From: Octopus sinensis
Taxonomy: Eukaryota
DNA: 64,000 nucleotides
NCBI RefSeq assembly: GCF_006345805.1
Contig: NC_043011.1
Coordinates: 43,784,464 to 43,848,463 of the forward strand
Direction: 5' to 3'
The notes below the pieces were generated by a model, which was not told the origin of the DNA, did not search any database, and saw only the letters and a list, made by a program, of their open reading frames with translations. Shown one piece after another: positions 39,337 through 54,639 of the stretch. Both the position numbers and the translations under genes were made by a program. Numbering within the stretch: the stretch's first letter is position 1; every line of letters begins with the position of its first letter.

Positions 39337-40530
39337 CTAGAATGGAACCGATATATCCATTCAATCTAGACTCTTACAAACGCTACACCTTTAAAAAGAA
39401 ATGGACTTGTTTGATTGGCCCTTAAGAAAAAACGGTCAATCTTCGAGCGATAAACAAAAAGATCAAAAATATATGTATATATATATAAAAAAACTTATAA
39501 AAATTATAAAATCCGAGGAAAAAACCTTACATTGAATAAAATACATATTGACGTTAATGAAGAAAGTGCAAATTAATGCATAGAAATTAAACCTGTTATA
39601 AATATTACACTGCAATACATATTTATATTAAAATCTACATATATATATCAACATACACAAAAGGATGCGCGTAAACGCCATACATATACAGACGTATGAA
39701 TATAAATCTAAATAGACACATAAATGCATGTGTACATATATTCACGCAAACCATCTCGCACGCAAGCTAAAAATCATCTATGTAGCGATTCTCATATACT
39801 GAGTAATATATATCATTATATATAAAAACATTTATTCTTATATTATTGCGGCGTTACGTGCACCCCCCCCCGTTTGTTTGTCCAATTTTAAACCCTGCAC
39901 GACTTCTATACACATTGTCTTTCCTACCCGCCATTGCTTCTTTACCAAACTATTTTGGCGCCCTCCGATTCTTCCCTCCTCTTCCTCCCATCCTCCTCCC
40001 ATCCTCCTTAATCCCTTCTTTCTCCTTTTCTCTTGGTCACTGATTCTGTCCCCTGCCTTCCACCCTCTTTGATTCCCTCTCTCTCTGTCTCTCTCTCTCC
40101 TGCAACCTGCTGCTTCTTAACCATTCTGTTGGCGATCGTATCTCGACCAACATGTGTCCCCGCTACCGAAACGGTATTATTTCTACGCCAGCTGATATGT
40201 TGTTGTTTTTGTCTCATTTGGTCTAAGTCGTAAGACAACCATCGTTATATTTTGTTTATCCATTACTGTTTTCAATTTCGTTTTCGTCTCTTGTATTTAC
40301 ATCCGTCTTGTGCGTTCACATTCCTGTCTTCTACCAAGAAATCTAATGCTTACAGCTTAGTTTTTTTTCTTGGGGCTGGCCGAGTTGGAGCAAATATCAG
40401 AATTGAACAGCCGAAATTTGCTATGATGATTCGGTGTCTGACTGAAGATTGAGGCTTCGAATGATTTGTCTGTGTTCCGTGTTCGTCCCTTCCTGTATTT
40501 CACGTTCATATATATAAAAACATTTATTCT

Positions 40531-40607
<77 letters not shown>

Positions 40608-41361
40608 GTATACAATATGCGCATATATATATTATTTATATATATAAGTATACATATATAAACATAAATTATATATATGTATATAAGTATATACGTATAC
40701 ATATAAGTATATATATATATAAATATATATATATACACGTACATACGCACAGTTATTATGTCATCTGGACGCCCTTGTCAATGTCCTCTTAGCTAAATAA
40801 ACAAATATATATTACACAATAGCATCACGCATACCACCATCACCATCACCATCACTACCATAACCCCCTCCCCCCATTACCACTACCACCATCACTACAG
40901 CTAATAGCACCACCAGTACCAGTATCAGTATCACCACCACCACCACCACTACCACCATCATTGTCATCATTATCACCTCCACTGTCATCACCGTCACCTA
41001 AGTGATCGTCATCACAGCTAGAAACACCAACTCTACAACCACCGCTACCATGCTGCCATCACTACCACCACCAACACCACCACCACCACCGCAACCACCA
41101 CCACCACAACCACCACCGCAACCACCACCACCACCCCAACCACCACCACCACCACCACCACCACCACAACCACCACCATCACCACCACCACCACCGCCAC
41201 ACCACCACCACCATACCACTATTTCAGGGTCGTTCTATAATATATTGACCAATTAACTCAGCTGACCTCATCACGTGATTAATGTCGTAGGAGAGAGAGA
41301 TAGCAATAAGCGATTGTGCCACAACCACTACTGCTGCTGCTGCTGTTGCTGTTGCTGCAGG

Positions 41362-41396
<35 letters not shown>

Positions 41397-41438
41397 TTAC
41401 TACTACTACTGCTGCTGCTGCTGCTACTACTTACACTA

Positions 41439-41469
<31 letters not shown>

Positions 41470-41472
41470 CTG

Positions 41473-41513
<41 letters not shown>

Positions 41514-41789
41514 GTTGCTGCTGCTGCTGCTGTTCTCATCATACTTTTTTCACTGTTAAAAACCCACTGTAATCGATTTTACCTCTTGTTATTCTAGAAC
41601 CAATAAAACGAAATACCAGTGATACAATAGGGGAGTCTATCTAACGCTCGCTTCCCAACCAAATTTTTCTTCTTCAGAAAGATTAAAAAAAGCCCAAGTG
41701 TTTGTCCTAAATATTTGAGGAATTTGTTTTATCATTATTCAAGCTTCTGTCTATTTTACCTCCTGTTATATTCGCTTCAATTTTTGAGA

Positions 41790-42132
41790 GACAAGGTCAG
41801 TAAGTTCTGGACAAGTGGTCAACTGATGCTCAAAACGTAAAGACGGACGAAATGCAACGAAACGTTTTGTCCGGCGCGGTAACGATTCTGCAAGCACGTT
41901 GCCTTATAACAGCAATCAATTAATCGTTTCTACTGAAGGCACAAGGCCCGAAATGTAGTGTTGGAGGGTCCATTACACCGACACCGGTACGTAACTGGTA
42001 CTTAATTTATCGACCCCGAAAGAATGAAAGGCAAAGTCAACCTCGGCGGAATTTGAACTCAGAATGTAAAGACGGGAGAAAGACCACTAAGCATTTCGTC
42101 CAGCGCGCTAACGATTCTGCCAGTTCGCCGCC

Positions 42133-42182
<50 letters not shown>

Positions 42183-43365
42183 TCCCTTCTACTAAAGGAC
42201 ACAAAGCCTAAATTTTGTGGAAGCGTATAGTCGATTACATCGACCCTACTAAACAACTGGTACTTATTTTATCGACCCCGAAAAGATGAAAGGCAAAGTC
42301 AACCTCGGCGGAATTTGAACTCACGGACGAAACGCCGCTAAGCATTTTGCCCGGTGTGCTAACGATTCGGCCAGCACGCCACCTTATAGTAGCGATTCAT
42401 AATGATTTTTAATAATGGCTTCAAATTTTTGCACAAGGCCAGCAATTTTGTGGGGAATGGGTAAGCCGCTTACATCGACCTCAGTGCTCAGCTGGCGTGT
42501 ACTTTATCGATCCCGAAAGGATAGAGAGCAAAGTTTTCCTTGATTTAATCGATCTACATATAGTTTGACTGGAAACATGTTTTATCGACCCACGACCGCA
42601 TAAAGCAGTAAAGTCGACCCCGCCCAGGACTGAAATCACAATTGCGAATCAATGAATCTCATTACTAACAGCCATTTTGTTCGACGCGCACCGGATCTGC
42701 CAACCATCGCTCTTATAATAAACCAAGATAACGAAGCGGGTGGATTGCTAGAAACAGCAGAACAGCAGAAATGTGGCGAATTGGCAGAAACGTTAGCACG
42801 CCGGGTGAAATGCTTAGCGGTATTTCGTCTGCGTTACGTTGTGAGTTCAAATTCCGCCGAGGTCCACTTTGCCTTTTATCCTTTCGGGGTCGATAAATTA
42901 AGTACCAGTTACGCACTGGGGTCGATGTAATCGACTTAATACCTATGTCTGTCCTTGTTTGTCCCCTCTGTGTTTAGCCCCTTGTGGGTAATAAAGAAAT
43001 AGGTATTTCGTTTGCCGTTACGTTCTGAGTTCAAATTCCGCCGGGGTCGACTTTGCCTTTCATCCTTTCGGGGTCGATTACCAGTTACGCACTGGGGTCG
43101 ATGTAATCGACTTAATCCGTTTGTCTGTCCTTGTTTGTCCCCTCTCTGTGTTTAGCCCCTTGTGGGTAGTAAGGAAATAGGTATTTCGTCTACCGTTACA
43201 TTCTCAGCTCAAATTCCGCCGGTCGACTTTGCTTTCATCCTTTCGGGGTCGATAAATTAAGTACCAGTTACGCACTGCGGTCGATATAATCGACTTAATT
43301 CCTTTGTCTGTCCTTGTTTGTCCCCTCTATGTTTAGCCCCTTCTGGGCAATAAAGAAATAAGAAA
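41790..43365. mobile_element. SINE family A cluster: several minus copies and a plus-strand trimer at 42775-43365
   Basis: Same head and core motifs; trimer junctions aaataGGTATTTCG near 43000 and 43160. Confidence 0.85.
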
Positions 43366-43807
43366 CAATAGAACTCTGGATGAAATGGAGGCTTTAGCTA
43401 CGACTGCTAGAATCAGTAGGACCTTGGATCAATTGGAGTTTTAAGCTCAAATGGACTTCTAATCCCACTGAAAGCAGTTTTGCCTTCCCAATTTTTTCAG
43501 TGTGGGAATAACATAAAGAATGCATTTGGGACTGAAGGATTTGTTCTCACCAAGTGTTTTCCCTGCTTAAAATGATTACAAATGGGGAGAAAATATAAGA
43601 AACCAATCCTAGTTTATTGCACGGGTCAGTGACACAGTTACGATCTTAGCAACCTGAAAATCTCAAAAGCCCTCCACTCGGTCTTACCGCTCCTACCTAA
43701 TCTCCCCCCCTCTCTCTCTCTCTCTCTCTTTTATCAATACAATCACAAGTCTCATTATCTCATAAAAACAGGAGCATGATTCGTTAAAGTAAATGTACAA
43801 TAGGGTT

Positions 43808-43872
<65 letters not shown>

Positions 43873-44354
43873 GCACTCAAACGCACGTACACACATGCCC
43901 ACACTTATGTATACACACGAACGTACACACACGTATTTATACACATAGAAACGCACACAGACGCACACACACCCACACACACTTATACACACACACACAC
44001 AGAAACGCGTGGGCGAGAACACACACACACACACACTAATATATAATTATACGTACACGCGCGCACACGCACACATATTTTATGTGTGCGTGTGTGTGTG
44101 TGTGTAATGAGAAATATCAGCTTCGGCATTCACTGCGATGTGTGACGAAACGCAGAGAAGACAAAAGCAGACGTCTTGACAATGTCTCTGTGGACAAATA
44201 ACAATTAGTTTGTCACCGTAAAGCAATCTTGTATATACGTATGCGTGGGTATTTGTTCACACACACACCACACACACATATATAATACATATAATACATA
44301 TACATACACACATCAATATATATATATGCAAATATATAGACAAACCTATATATG

Positions 44355-44390
<36 letters not shown>

Positions 44391-44465
44391 TCTACACACA
44401 CACACATATATATAATGCATATACATACACACATCAACATATATATGCACATATATATATACACA

Positions 44466-44504
<39 letters not shown>

Positions 44505-44519
44505 GTATATATATATCTT

Positions 44520-45907
44520 TTATTCTTTTATTCGTTTCAGTCATTTTGATTGCGGCTATGCTGGAGCACCGCCCTTAGTCGAGCAAATCGACTTATTCTT
44601 TGTAAGCCTAGTGCTTATTCAATCGGTCTCTTATATCGAACCGCTAAGTTACGGGGACGTAAACACACCAGCATCGATGCCAAGCGATGTTGGGACAGAA
44701 ACACACACAAACACACACACATGCGCCGGGCTTCCTTCAGTTTCCGTCTACCAAATCCACTCACAAGGCTTTGGTCGACTCGTGGCTATAGTAGAAGACA
44801 CTTGCCCAAGGTGCCACGCAGTGGGACTGAATCCGGCGGAACCATGTGGTTGGTTAGCAAACTACACTTACCACACAGCTACCCTGCACCTATATATATA
44901 TATATTATATATATATAATATATATATATATATATTATATATATATATATATATATTTATACATATGCATCTAGACACACACATGTATTACTTATATATG
45001 CTCGTATGTACGTGTGTGTGTGTGTACACACACATATATATATATATACATATATACATTTATACATGCATTCACGTATACGCATACACATAAACCCACG
45101 CACTCACGTAGACACACAACTTGCGCACACACACGTACACATACACAAGTACACACACACACACACGTACACACGCATGCTTCTGTTTTCTTTTCTCTTG
45201 TTCCTTTTATCAGATACAAGAGAAATCGGAAGAGGAGGAGGAAGAGAAAGTAGTGGTAGCGGTAGGAGGGGGTGGTTTCACTGCCCTACAAAACAGCCAT
45301 TCGCTTGCTCGTTTTATCGCTTTGTCCATTTCTTTATTGCATAGTTTTATCATTACTGTTAATTAGTCTTAATTAGAGATATCATCAATCTTGTCATATC
45401 GTTCAGGTTTAGGCTGGTAGTGGTGGTGGTGGTGACTTGTAGGTCAAAATTTTTAATGATGATGATGATGATGATGATGACAATTTCGCGATGAGGTTTC
45501 ACGCCATATCTCTCTCTCTTCTCTCTTTTACTTGTTTCAGTCATTTGACTGCGGCCATGCTGGAGCACCGCCTTTAGTCGGGCAAATCAACACCAGAGCT
45601 TATTCTTTAGTACTTATTCTATCGGTCTCTTTTTACCGAACCGCTAGGTTACGGGAACGTAAACACAACAGCATCGGTTGTCACGCGATGTTGGGAGGAC
45701 AAAGACACACAAACATATACACACATACATATATATACATATGCGACGGGCTTCTTCCAGTTTTCGTCTATCAAATCCACTCACAAGGCTTTGGTCGGCC
45801 CGAGGTTATAGTAGATGACACTTTCCCAAGGTGCCACGTAGTGGGACTGAACCCTGAACCATGTGGTTGGTAAGCAAGCTACCTACCACACAACCACTCC
45901 TGCGCCT
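44520..45907 (-). mobile_element. Two full-length SINE family B copies (44520-44892, 45520-45907)
   Basis: Both carry head, internal CA tract and tail as in 4601-5012. Confidence 0.87.
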
Positions 45908-45913
45908 TTATAT

Positions 45914-47234
45914 ACATCAATAATCAGCAAGATGTTCGAAACCATCCTTAAGAAAAGTATGATGCTCCACCTCCTAAACACAGCCTCGATCACTGATTCC
46001 CAACACGGCTTCGTGCCGAAGAGATCATGCTTGACCAACTTACTAGTAATGGAAGAATTGGTGACGCGCATCCTCGATGATAGTGATGCTGTTGACATCG
46101 TTTTATTGGACTTTGCCAAAGCTTTTGACTCGGTAAACCACCCGCCTACTACTTGTCAAGCTTCAAGCATATAGTTTCCATCCGGATATTGTACGATGGG
46201 TTGGTGCCTTCCTCTCAGATCGCTCCTTCCAAGTTCAAGTTAATGGTTCGCGGTCCGACGTCTCCAGTGCGAGCAGTGGCGTGCCTCAAGGTTCAGTGCT
46301 TGGGCCCTTGTTTGTTCTTAGTCTTCATAAATGACTTGCCCGACGACCGCACGCAACACACCCTTCTATTTGCCGACGATATCAACTGGTCGCTCCTCGC
46401 GGTAGTATAGAGGATCTTCGTCGATGCCTCCACCAAATTTGGAAGTGGTCTAACGATTGGGACCTGTGTCTGAACGTGTCAAAGTGCTGTCATCTGCCTG
46501 TCGGCTCTACTCCTGCAACTCAACTTGATTTCGAGCCGGTCTCCGTCTGCTGCTGGAGAGGACCGATCAGGTAAAGGACCTGGGTATCTTGGTGGATTCC
46601 TCCTTTTCGCCTTCGGCCCAGTGCGTCCATGCTGCCAAAAAAGCGCGCGGAATTCTGTTTTTGATTCGACGGTCATTCGGAATGCTCACAGCAGCCATAT
46701 TCCTGCCACTCTATGTCACGCTGGTGAGACCCATATTGGAGTATGGGATTCAAGCCTCTTCTCCTTATCTCCTCAAAGACATACAGCACCTCGAAAGAGT
46801 CCAGAGCTGGCTACCCGCATGGTTCATGGTCTCAAAAATTTGTCCTACGAAGAAAGGCTGAGGACGCTCGACCTTTGTTCTCTTGAAAACGCCGCCGCCG
46901 TGGTGATCTCATTCTCGCCCACAACATCATAAGCGGGAAGTTGTAACCTCTCGAAAGAGCTGTTCTTCACTCCTGCTCCGGAGCGTCGGCTGCGGGGTCA
47001 TTCCGAAAAGCTCTACCTGCGACGATTTCATCTCAATCGAAGGAGAGGAGCTTTCTCCGTCCGGGTTGCGGATCCGTGGAACAAGCTGCCAGACGAGATG
47101 GTGAAGATGCCGACGACCGCTTTGTTCAAAGCCTCCCTGGACCTCAAGTGGCCTGAACTCTTTACATGAACACCACCCTGTACTTAACTCATGGCCTTGC
47201 TATTTGCTTTTGAGCCAAATTTAACTAACTAACT

Positions 47235-47237
<3 letters not shown>
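45914..47237 (+). mobile_element. 5'-truncated CR1-like LINE of a second, GC-richer subfamily with (TAAC)n tail
   Basis: SIISKMFE...SQHGFVPKRSCLTNLL...LDFAKAFDSV, FLVFINDLP, LLFADD, LVRPILEY and LSYEERLRTLDL across several frameshifts; ends ttaactaactaactaac at 47221-47237. Confidence 0.92.
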
Positions 47238-47280
<43 letters not shown>

Positions 47281-47675
47281 TGTCTTTTTGTCGGTATTTG
47301 GGGCCTCATTCCCGCTTGACAAACGGTGGTGGTGTATTTACGTTGTCTCCGTAACTCAGCGGTTCGGCATAAGAGACCGACAGAGCAAGTACTAAGCCTA
47401 CGGTCGATTAAATCGGTGTTCCAACATGGCTGCAGTAAGAGTAGAAGAATGTGCGTGTGTGTGTGCGTACGTGTGTGTGTACACCTGCGCATGTGAGCAG
47501 AGTGTTTATTCAATTGTACATAGTTATATATTCATACCCACCCACACATGTACGCACTCACACGCATATACTGAGGTACAAATGCACACGTTTTTGCACA
47601 CTTAGACACACACACATTATTTTTTACATGTATATACCGAACAACCGTTTTTACGCGCGCGACGGCTCCGCTTAA

Positions 47676-47888
47676 AAGCGGAATTTATAGCGACGACGGA
47701 ACCATCGCATTGCTTCAACAACGAAAAGCGATAGATCTCCTCTGCAGTTGAATATTTTGAGGGCATCAATATCTTCATGTGGTACGTTAAGATATTGATG
47801 CCCTCAAAACATTCGACTGCAGAGGAGATCTATCGCGTTTCGTTGTTGAAGAAATGCGACGGTTCCGTCGTTACTATAAATTCCACTT
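47676..47888. repeat. 213-bp inverted repeat with 100-bp arms and a 13-nt spacer
   Basis: 47676-47775 versus the reverse complement of 47789-47888: 8 mismatches, no indels. Confidence 0.93.
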
Positions 47889-49004
47889 GAAGAGGAAAGC
47901 AAAATTAGAGAGGGATGTACTTCCTTCAAGAAAGCTCAAAATATGACGGAAATAAGAGAAAACGGTTTGACTAAATTGGGTTATACAGAGAGCAGGACTA
48001 TAGGGTGGTGACAAGAACTGGAAGAAGTCTATTGGTTTGGTGTATTTGTGTAATCGAAGGTTGTGTTTAGGGCACCCTGAATACCCTCATATGGGTTTCG
48101 TTTCTAAGTTCTTGTTTGTATTGTTTGTTTCCTATAGCTAGTTCTATTTATATATTTTTCTCTGTTTATTGAGGGCTGCCGTTTGTTTGAAATATAATTC
48201 CAAGGTTGGTTCCATGTTTGTTGTTTTCCTATGGAGTTCCTCTTTATGCTGTTCTCAAATGTATTGAGCTCGCATGGAAAAACTCTCTCCTCTTCTTCTT
48301 ATTCCATTTTTTTTTGTTTCTTTCTTTTTCTCTTTCTCTGATTTTCTTCTGTCTTCTCTTCCTTCTTTCAGTTTCTGTTTTTTTCTTTCTTTCTTTCTCC
48401 ACCTCCTCTTGCTTCATCCTCATCATCGCCTCCTCCTCCTCCTCCTCCTTCTTCTTCTTCTTCTTCTTCTTCTACTTCAACTTGTTGTTGTTGTTGTTCT
48501 TCTTCTTCTTCTACTTCATCATCATCATCATCATCATCATCTTCTTCTTCTTCTTCTTCTTCTTCCTTCCTCTCCCTCCTCCTCCTCTTTCTCTTTTTCC
48601 TTCTTATCACTTATTATTGTTAGTAATATTCATAAAAGAATCAGCGGCCATAGTGGCAGTTGCAGTCGTGGCAAAAACAACAACACCATCCTCCTCCTCC
48701 TCCTCCTCCTCCTTCTCCCCTCCTCCTTCTCCTCCTCCTCCTCCTCATCATCATCATAATCATCATCATCAACAGCAGCAGCAGCAGAAGTAGCATTATG
48801 ATTGTTTCAGTATGTTACAACTCATTTGTAATTCGACACAATATCCCAAGGAGACTTTGAAAATATTTACGAAGGACTTCAAGTTTCGCCTTATCAGGAC
48901 GTTGACTGGCTGAACAAAGCAGCAAGGCGATACTCGAAACTGCGGCCAACTCAAAAGTATTAATGGATTTTACACGCCTAAATGTACCACTAAATTATGG
49001 AGTA

Positions 49005-49240
49005 CCTATTTCTTTACTAGCCACAAGAGGCTAAAAACAGAGAGGACAAACAAGGAAAGACAAACGGATTAAGTCGATTATATCGACCCCCGTGCGTAAC
49101 TGGTACTTAATTTATCGACCCCGAAAGGATGAAAGGCAAAGTCGACCTCGGCGGAATTTGAACTCAGAAGGTAACGGCAGATGAAATACCGCTAAGCATT
49201 TCGCCCGGCATGCTAACGATGATGCCAGCTCGCCACCATC
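49005..49240 (-). mobile_element. SINE family A full-length copy
   Basis: Close to the family consensus from cctatttctttac to gctcgccacc. Confidence 0.85.
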
Positions 49241-49284
49241 CATAAAAGTTTTGCTGGGTTAGAAAAATTAACAACATAGAATAT

Positions 49285-49890
49285 GACATTTATCGTTGTT
49301 GTGTGGTTAAGAAGCTTGTTCAGCAACCACGAGGTTTTAGGTTCAGTTCCACTGTGCTGTACATTGAACAAATGTCTTTAACTAGGGCCTTGGGTCCACT
49401 AGCGTAGCCAGAGTGTGTGCCGCCCGATGTGGGGGGGGGGCTTTCGTTTGCTGCCCCCGGACCCCACCTAAAAACACATATTGTCTACAGCAGATACAAA
49501 AGTACCGACCCTTTAAAGGTGCCGTTCGGGGCGGACCATCCCTGCTAAACCCCCCCCCCCACCTACTACGCTAGAGCTCGGGTCGAATAATACTTTGTGA
49601 GTGAATTTGGTAGCCAGAAACTGAAAGAAGCCCGTCGTTTATGTGTGTGTATGTGTATGTATGTATGTGTGTGTGTGCACGCGCGTTGTGTGAGTGTGTG
49701 TTTGTGTTTGCGCGTGTCTCTCCCAACGCTTGACAGCCGGTGCTGGTTTGTTTTCGTACACGTATTGTAGCGGTTCGGCAAAAAGGCAGATGGGATAAGT
49801 ACTAGACTTAGAAGTAGTACTGGAGTCGATCTGTTCGACTAAACTGTTCAAGGGGGTGCACTCTTATGGCTACAGCCCAATGATGTAAAC
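49285..49890 (+). mobile_element. Degenerate SINE family B copy interrupted by a 176-bp MITE-like insert (49399-49574)
   Basis: The insert has 9-bp terminal inverted repeats ctagcgtag / ctacgctag; the SINE sequence resumes after it. Confidence 0.65.
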
Positions 49891-50276
49891 AAGTAATATA
49901 TGTGTATGTATGTATGTATGTATGTATGTATGTATGTATGTATGTATGTATGTATGTTTGTATGTATGTATGTATGTATATAATATGAGTGGACAAACAA
50001 AAGAAAAGGCCACTCAACGCAGTAGGAATTACATGGAATTGGTGTCGCTAACGAATTGACATTATTCACTACAATACCATGAGACCCTCCTTGACCAATA
50101 GCAGCCTATCTTCTGGTAGTCATCTTGTACTTCCTGGATCCCTCCATTCAGTATTCCAGAAGCCGCCTGAAGGAAACAGGCTCCCGTTTCGGGCTCTCGT
50201 TACGGGCCTGCTTAGCTTGAAGTAGCACAGAACCAAAGCAAACTATTTATATATTATATATATATATATAATATAT

Positions 50277-50320
<44 letters not shown>

Positions 50321-51617
50321 ATATATATACATACATATATATATATACTACGTATATACATAACATACTATATATACATACATATATATATTACATATAT
50401 ATTATATATATATATATGTATATATAATAATATCTATGTATATATATATATATGTATATATTATATATACATATATATATACATATATATATATATATAC
50501 ATATCTATATATAAACATACATACATATATATATATATGTAATATATATACATATATAAATATCTATATATATATATGTATATATATATGCATATATACT
50601 GATGTATATGTATATATTATTTGTATATATATATATATATAAATATATATATACACACACACATTGTGCGTGTAATGATGTAAATCTGTTGTTGATAATA
50701 ACAGTAGAAAGTACTCAATACGCAACCAATGCAGTGTTAAGGTTTCTTTTTTTTTTTAACTTACACAACTGTTATTTATAGAATGGTCGTGTTGTTTCAT
50801 AAATACTCATCAGAGTATCAGATGAAAATGAAGTCGGTTAAAATGGAACAGAAATAACATAAGCAGCTGTTAGTCGTGGTGAAGATGTAAAACTCAAAGA
50901 CAAGAAGTATGAAAGTAAAATATATTATGAATGAAGTAAAAGAAAGAATGATGTGTAATCATACCAGCTGACATATGCACACAAGACTGATGTATAAGAT
51001 ATTGCAAGCGATGCGGGAAGACGATCAGTTTCAAAATTCTGTATGACTTAAATTTTTTGTGAATGCATGTCGGTATCTTTACTGAATGGTAGTAGAATAA
51101 TAAGGTTTTGCGAAAAGAATATCGAAGACTTCCATGTACTTTAACTCCGTTTTTGCTCCGCTTAAGATGACTTTGTGTGGAATTATCTTCTAATGACCAA
51201 GTCTTTGAAACCGAAAAATTTTGTTCTAAAAGGAATGCGTGTGTGATTCATACCCTGATTTAAATTGGCTTGTGGTCATACGGATTTTGAGTTGTCATTA
51301 GTAAGATAAAAAAATTGATACACAAAATCTTTACACTTGCAGTTGAAATCTAGAAGGCAGTTGTTGAGTTTAGGGTAATTACAGGCACTAGTTAATGAAT
51401 TTGTTATGCTTACAAAGTTTAGGGGTGTTGTAGCAAACTACACTCTCTGCCTGTCTCTCCCTTCCCTTCCCGCTCTCTCTCTCTCTCTAATATATATATA
51501 TTATATGTATGTATACACATAATATTATATATAATATATAGATGCATGTGAGTATATATTTAAATATATACATAATGGACCATCCATATAATATATATTA
51601 TATATATAATGTATATA

Positions 51618-51735
<118 letters not shown>

Positions 51736-52185
51736 TGTGTGTGTGTATGTATGTATGTATTATGCTTTAGGAATGTAGTGAATGGGTGATGAAGTGAACA
51801 AAGAAAATGTCTAAAATTAAGAAGTAAGAAAATTGAAGTCTTGGAATTCTTTGTTCTCGAAATCCCTGGCACCTCACCCCGCCCAACCCACGATAAGGTA
51901 GGAGCAATCCCAGTAACCACAAGGGAGCCTCTATGTGGATATGTGTGCTGCAAGAAATAGTGCTGACATTTACATCATATTACAGCGCTACGGTTTTAAT
52001 ATGCGTAGTACACTGTGTACTTCTTAGTAGACTGGACAGTCTTGAATGGAACGCCTTTGAAATTTGATCTGTCGAATCGGTACTGATTCGAAGGCATTAG
52101 CCAAAACAACGACAGCAAGAAGAAAACGAAGAAAACGAAGAAAACGAAGAAAAAGTAGTAGTAGTAGTAGTACTACTACTACTAA

Positions 52186-52225
<40 letters not shown>

Positions 52226-53164
52226 TGTAGTAGTTGTAGTAGTAGTAGTAGTAGTTGTTGTTGTTGTAGTAGTTGTAGTTGTAGTAGTTGTAGTAGTAAT
52301 AGTAGAAGAAGAAGAAGAAGCAGAAGAAGAAGAAGAAGAAGAAGAAGAAGAAGAAGAAGAAGAAGAAAAGACAACAACAACACAACAACAACAACAGTAG
52401 CAGCAGCAACAACAAAAGCAATAACAACAACAACGAGAACGACAGCTTTCGCAACAGTAACATCAACAACCACAACAACACGAACAAATATGGCAAAGTA
52501 CCGCAAATTGCAGCATCAATGACAGAAAAGAGGGTGGGGCGTGGTTGGATGGGGTAGACAACAGCAACAACAACAACACCATCAACAACAACAACAACAA
52601 CCAACAACAATGACGAAACAATAAGGGAGGTTTTTATACGTAGTTGTTATAACTACTAGAAATAGAAGCTAAATCACCATCTTGAAAAACAATGAAAAGA
52701 CCCTATTTCATTATGTCTGGTAAGGTGTAAGGTGTAGCAGTGGAATGTCTCTGATCATGACCCTAAATCGGCACCACGACGGCTGTGGTGGATCGGAGCT
52801 GTGGTGACTTGGGGTTAAATAACAACAAATGTCCCACTTGGATAAGTACAGCACTGTAAATATAACAGTAATCGTATCTATGCTATATGTGTGTGTGTAT
52901 ATATGTATATATATATATGTGTGTGTGTGTGTGTGAGTGTGTGTGTGGTGTGCGTGGGTGTGTATTATATATATATATATACACACACATATATACATAT
53001 GTATGTGTGTGTGTGTATATATACATATATACATACACACACATATATATGTGTGTATATTTGTGTACATATATGTGACATTTGTGAAGTCTGAACATAT
53101 CTGTACATATATATGAATATATATATATATATAACATACATGTATGTATCTGTATAAATATAAG

Positions 53165-53200
<36 letters not shown>

Positions 53201-53252
53201 ATATATACACATGCATATATACATGTATACATTATATATATATATATATGTA

Positions 53253-53295
<43 letters not shown>

Positions 53296-53644
53296 ATATA
53301 TATATAATATATATGTGTGTGTGTGTGTGTGTATATATATGTATATGTATATATGTACACACCCACTCACACACACACAGACACACATACATGGATACGT
53401 GTATGTAGAACCTTTCACCAATGTCTGTTGTCGACGCATCTTGGTATAATATAGATGTTGGCGGTGAGAAGAGTCCCAAATGGAGCATTTGTATCACGGC
53501 AGACATATTAGCAAACATATTTAGAGAGAGAGAGAGAGAAAGAGAGCGGTACACACACAGACTTTCGCAAACATCTACTCTGGGGGGAATTTACCTTTTA
53601 TCAGGCTTTTGTTCACAGCCTTTGCATCAAAACAATGAAACACA

Positions 53645-53702
<58 letters not shown>

Positions 53703-53765
53703 ACACACACACATACACACACACACACAGATTACTGATTTACTGATATACACATACGCACAGGC

Positions 53766-53807
<42 letters not shown>

Positions 53808-54401
53808 GAGTGTGTGTGTAGGCGTGTGCGTATGTGTATATCAGTAATCTTAAATGCAAACATATCTGTTTCTATGTTCTTTTTTTTACGCGGGCGCACA
53901 CAAACACATATACACACGCATATATATATACATACATATACACATATAAATGCAGAAATGCCTCTCTCTCCCTCTCTCTCTCTATATATATATACATATA
54001 CATGCATATACATATGTACATACACATACATATATATATACATCTACATATATATACATATATATACATATATATACATATATATACATATACTACATAT
54101 ATGCATACACACACACACACATATATATTACATATATATATAAATACATATACACACATATCTATATATTATATGCCACATACACACACACACATATATA
54201 TATATACATATGCACATACACACACACACAAACACATTATGTATATACATATATATATAATAGATATATATATATATATATAATATATATATATATATAT
54301 TATATATATATATATTATATGTATATATACATATATATTTGTATGTATGTATATATAATATATATAGTGTGTGTGTGTATATCTATCTATCTATCTATCT
54401 A

Positions 54402-54438
<37 letters not shown>

Positions 54439-54639
54439 GTACACGCATACACATGTACGGTTCTCATTTTTTATTTCTTGTTTAAGCTATTCTCGCTCAA
54501 ATAAAAAACATTTAGCAACTTAAAAGAAAATCAAGACCCACACCATATATTGCACAAAAGTCAAGACACACAGACATAAACACACACACACACACAGATG
54601 CACACACATACATACGCACATATATACACACATATATAC

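Noticed and set aside
48840-48963. Short coding-looking plus-strand frame (FDTISQGDF...QKY)
   Set aside because: About 40 codons, no start, no matching splice sites, no recognisable homology.
50760-50820. CTGATGA gtatttat GAAAC on the minus strand
   Set aside because: Stem III pairing would put G at the cleavage position, and there is no stem I partner.
51870-51950. Minus-strand exon candidate after tttcttgcag (HTYPHRG...)
   Set aside because: No frame resembles the missing LPP exons and the donor is weak.
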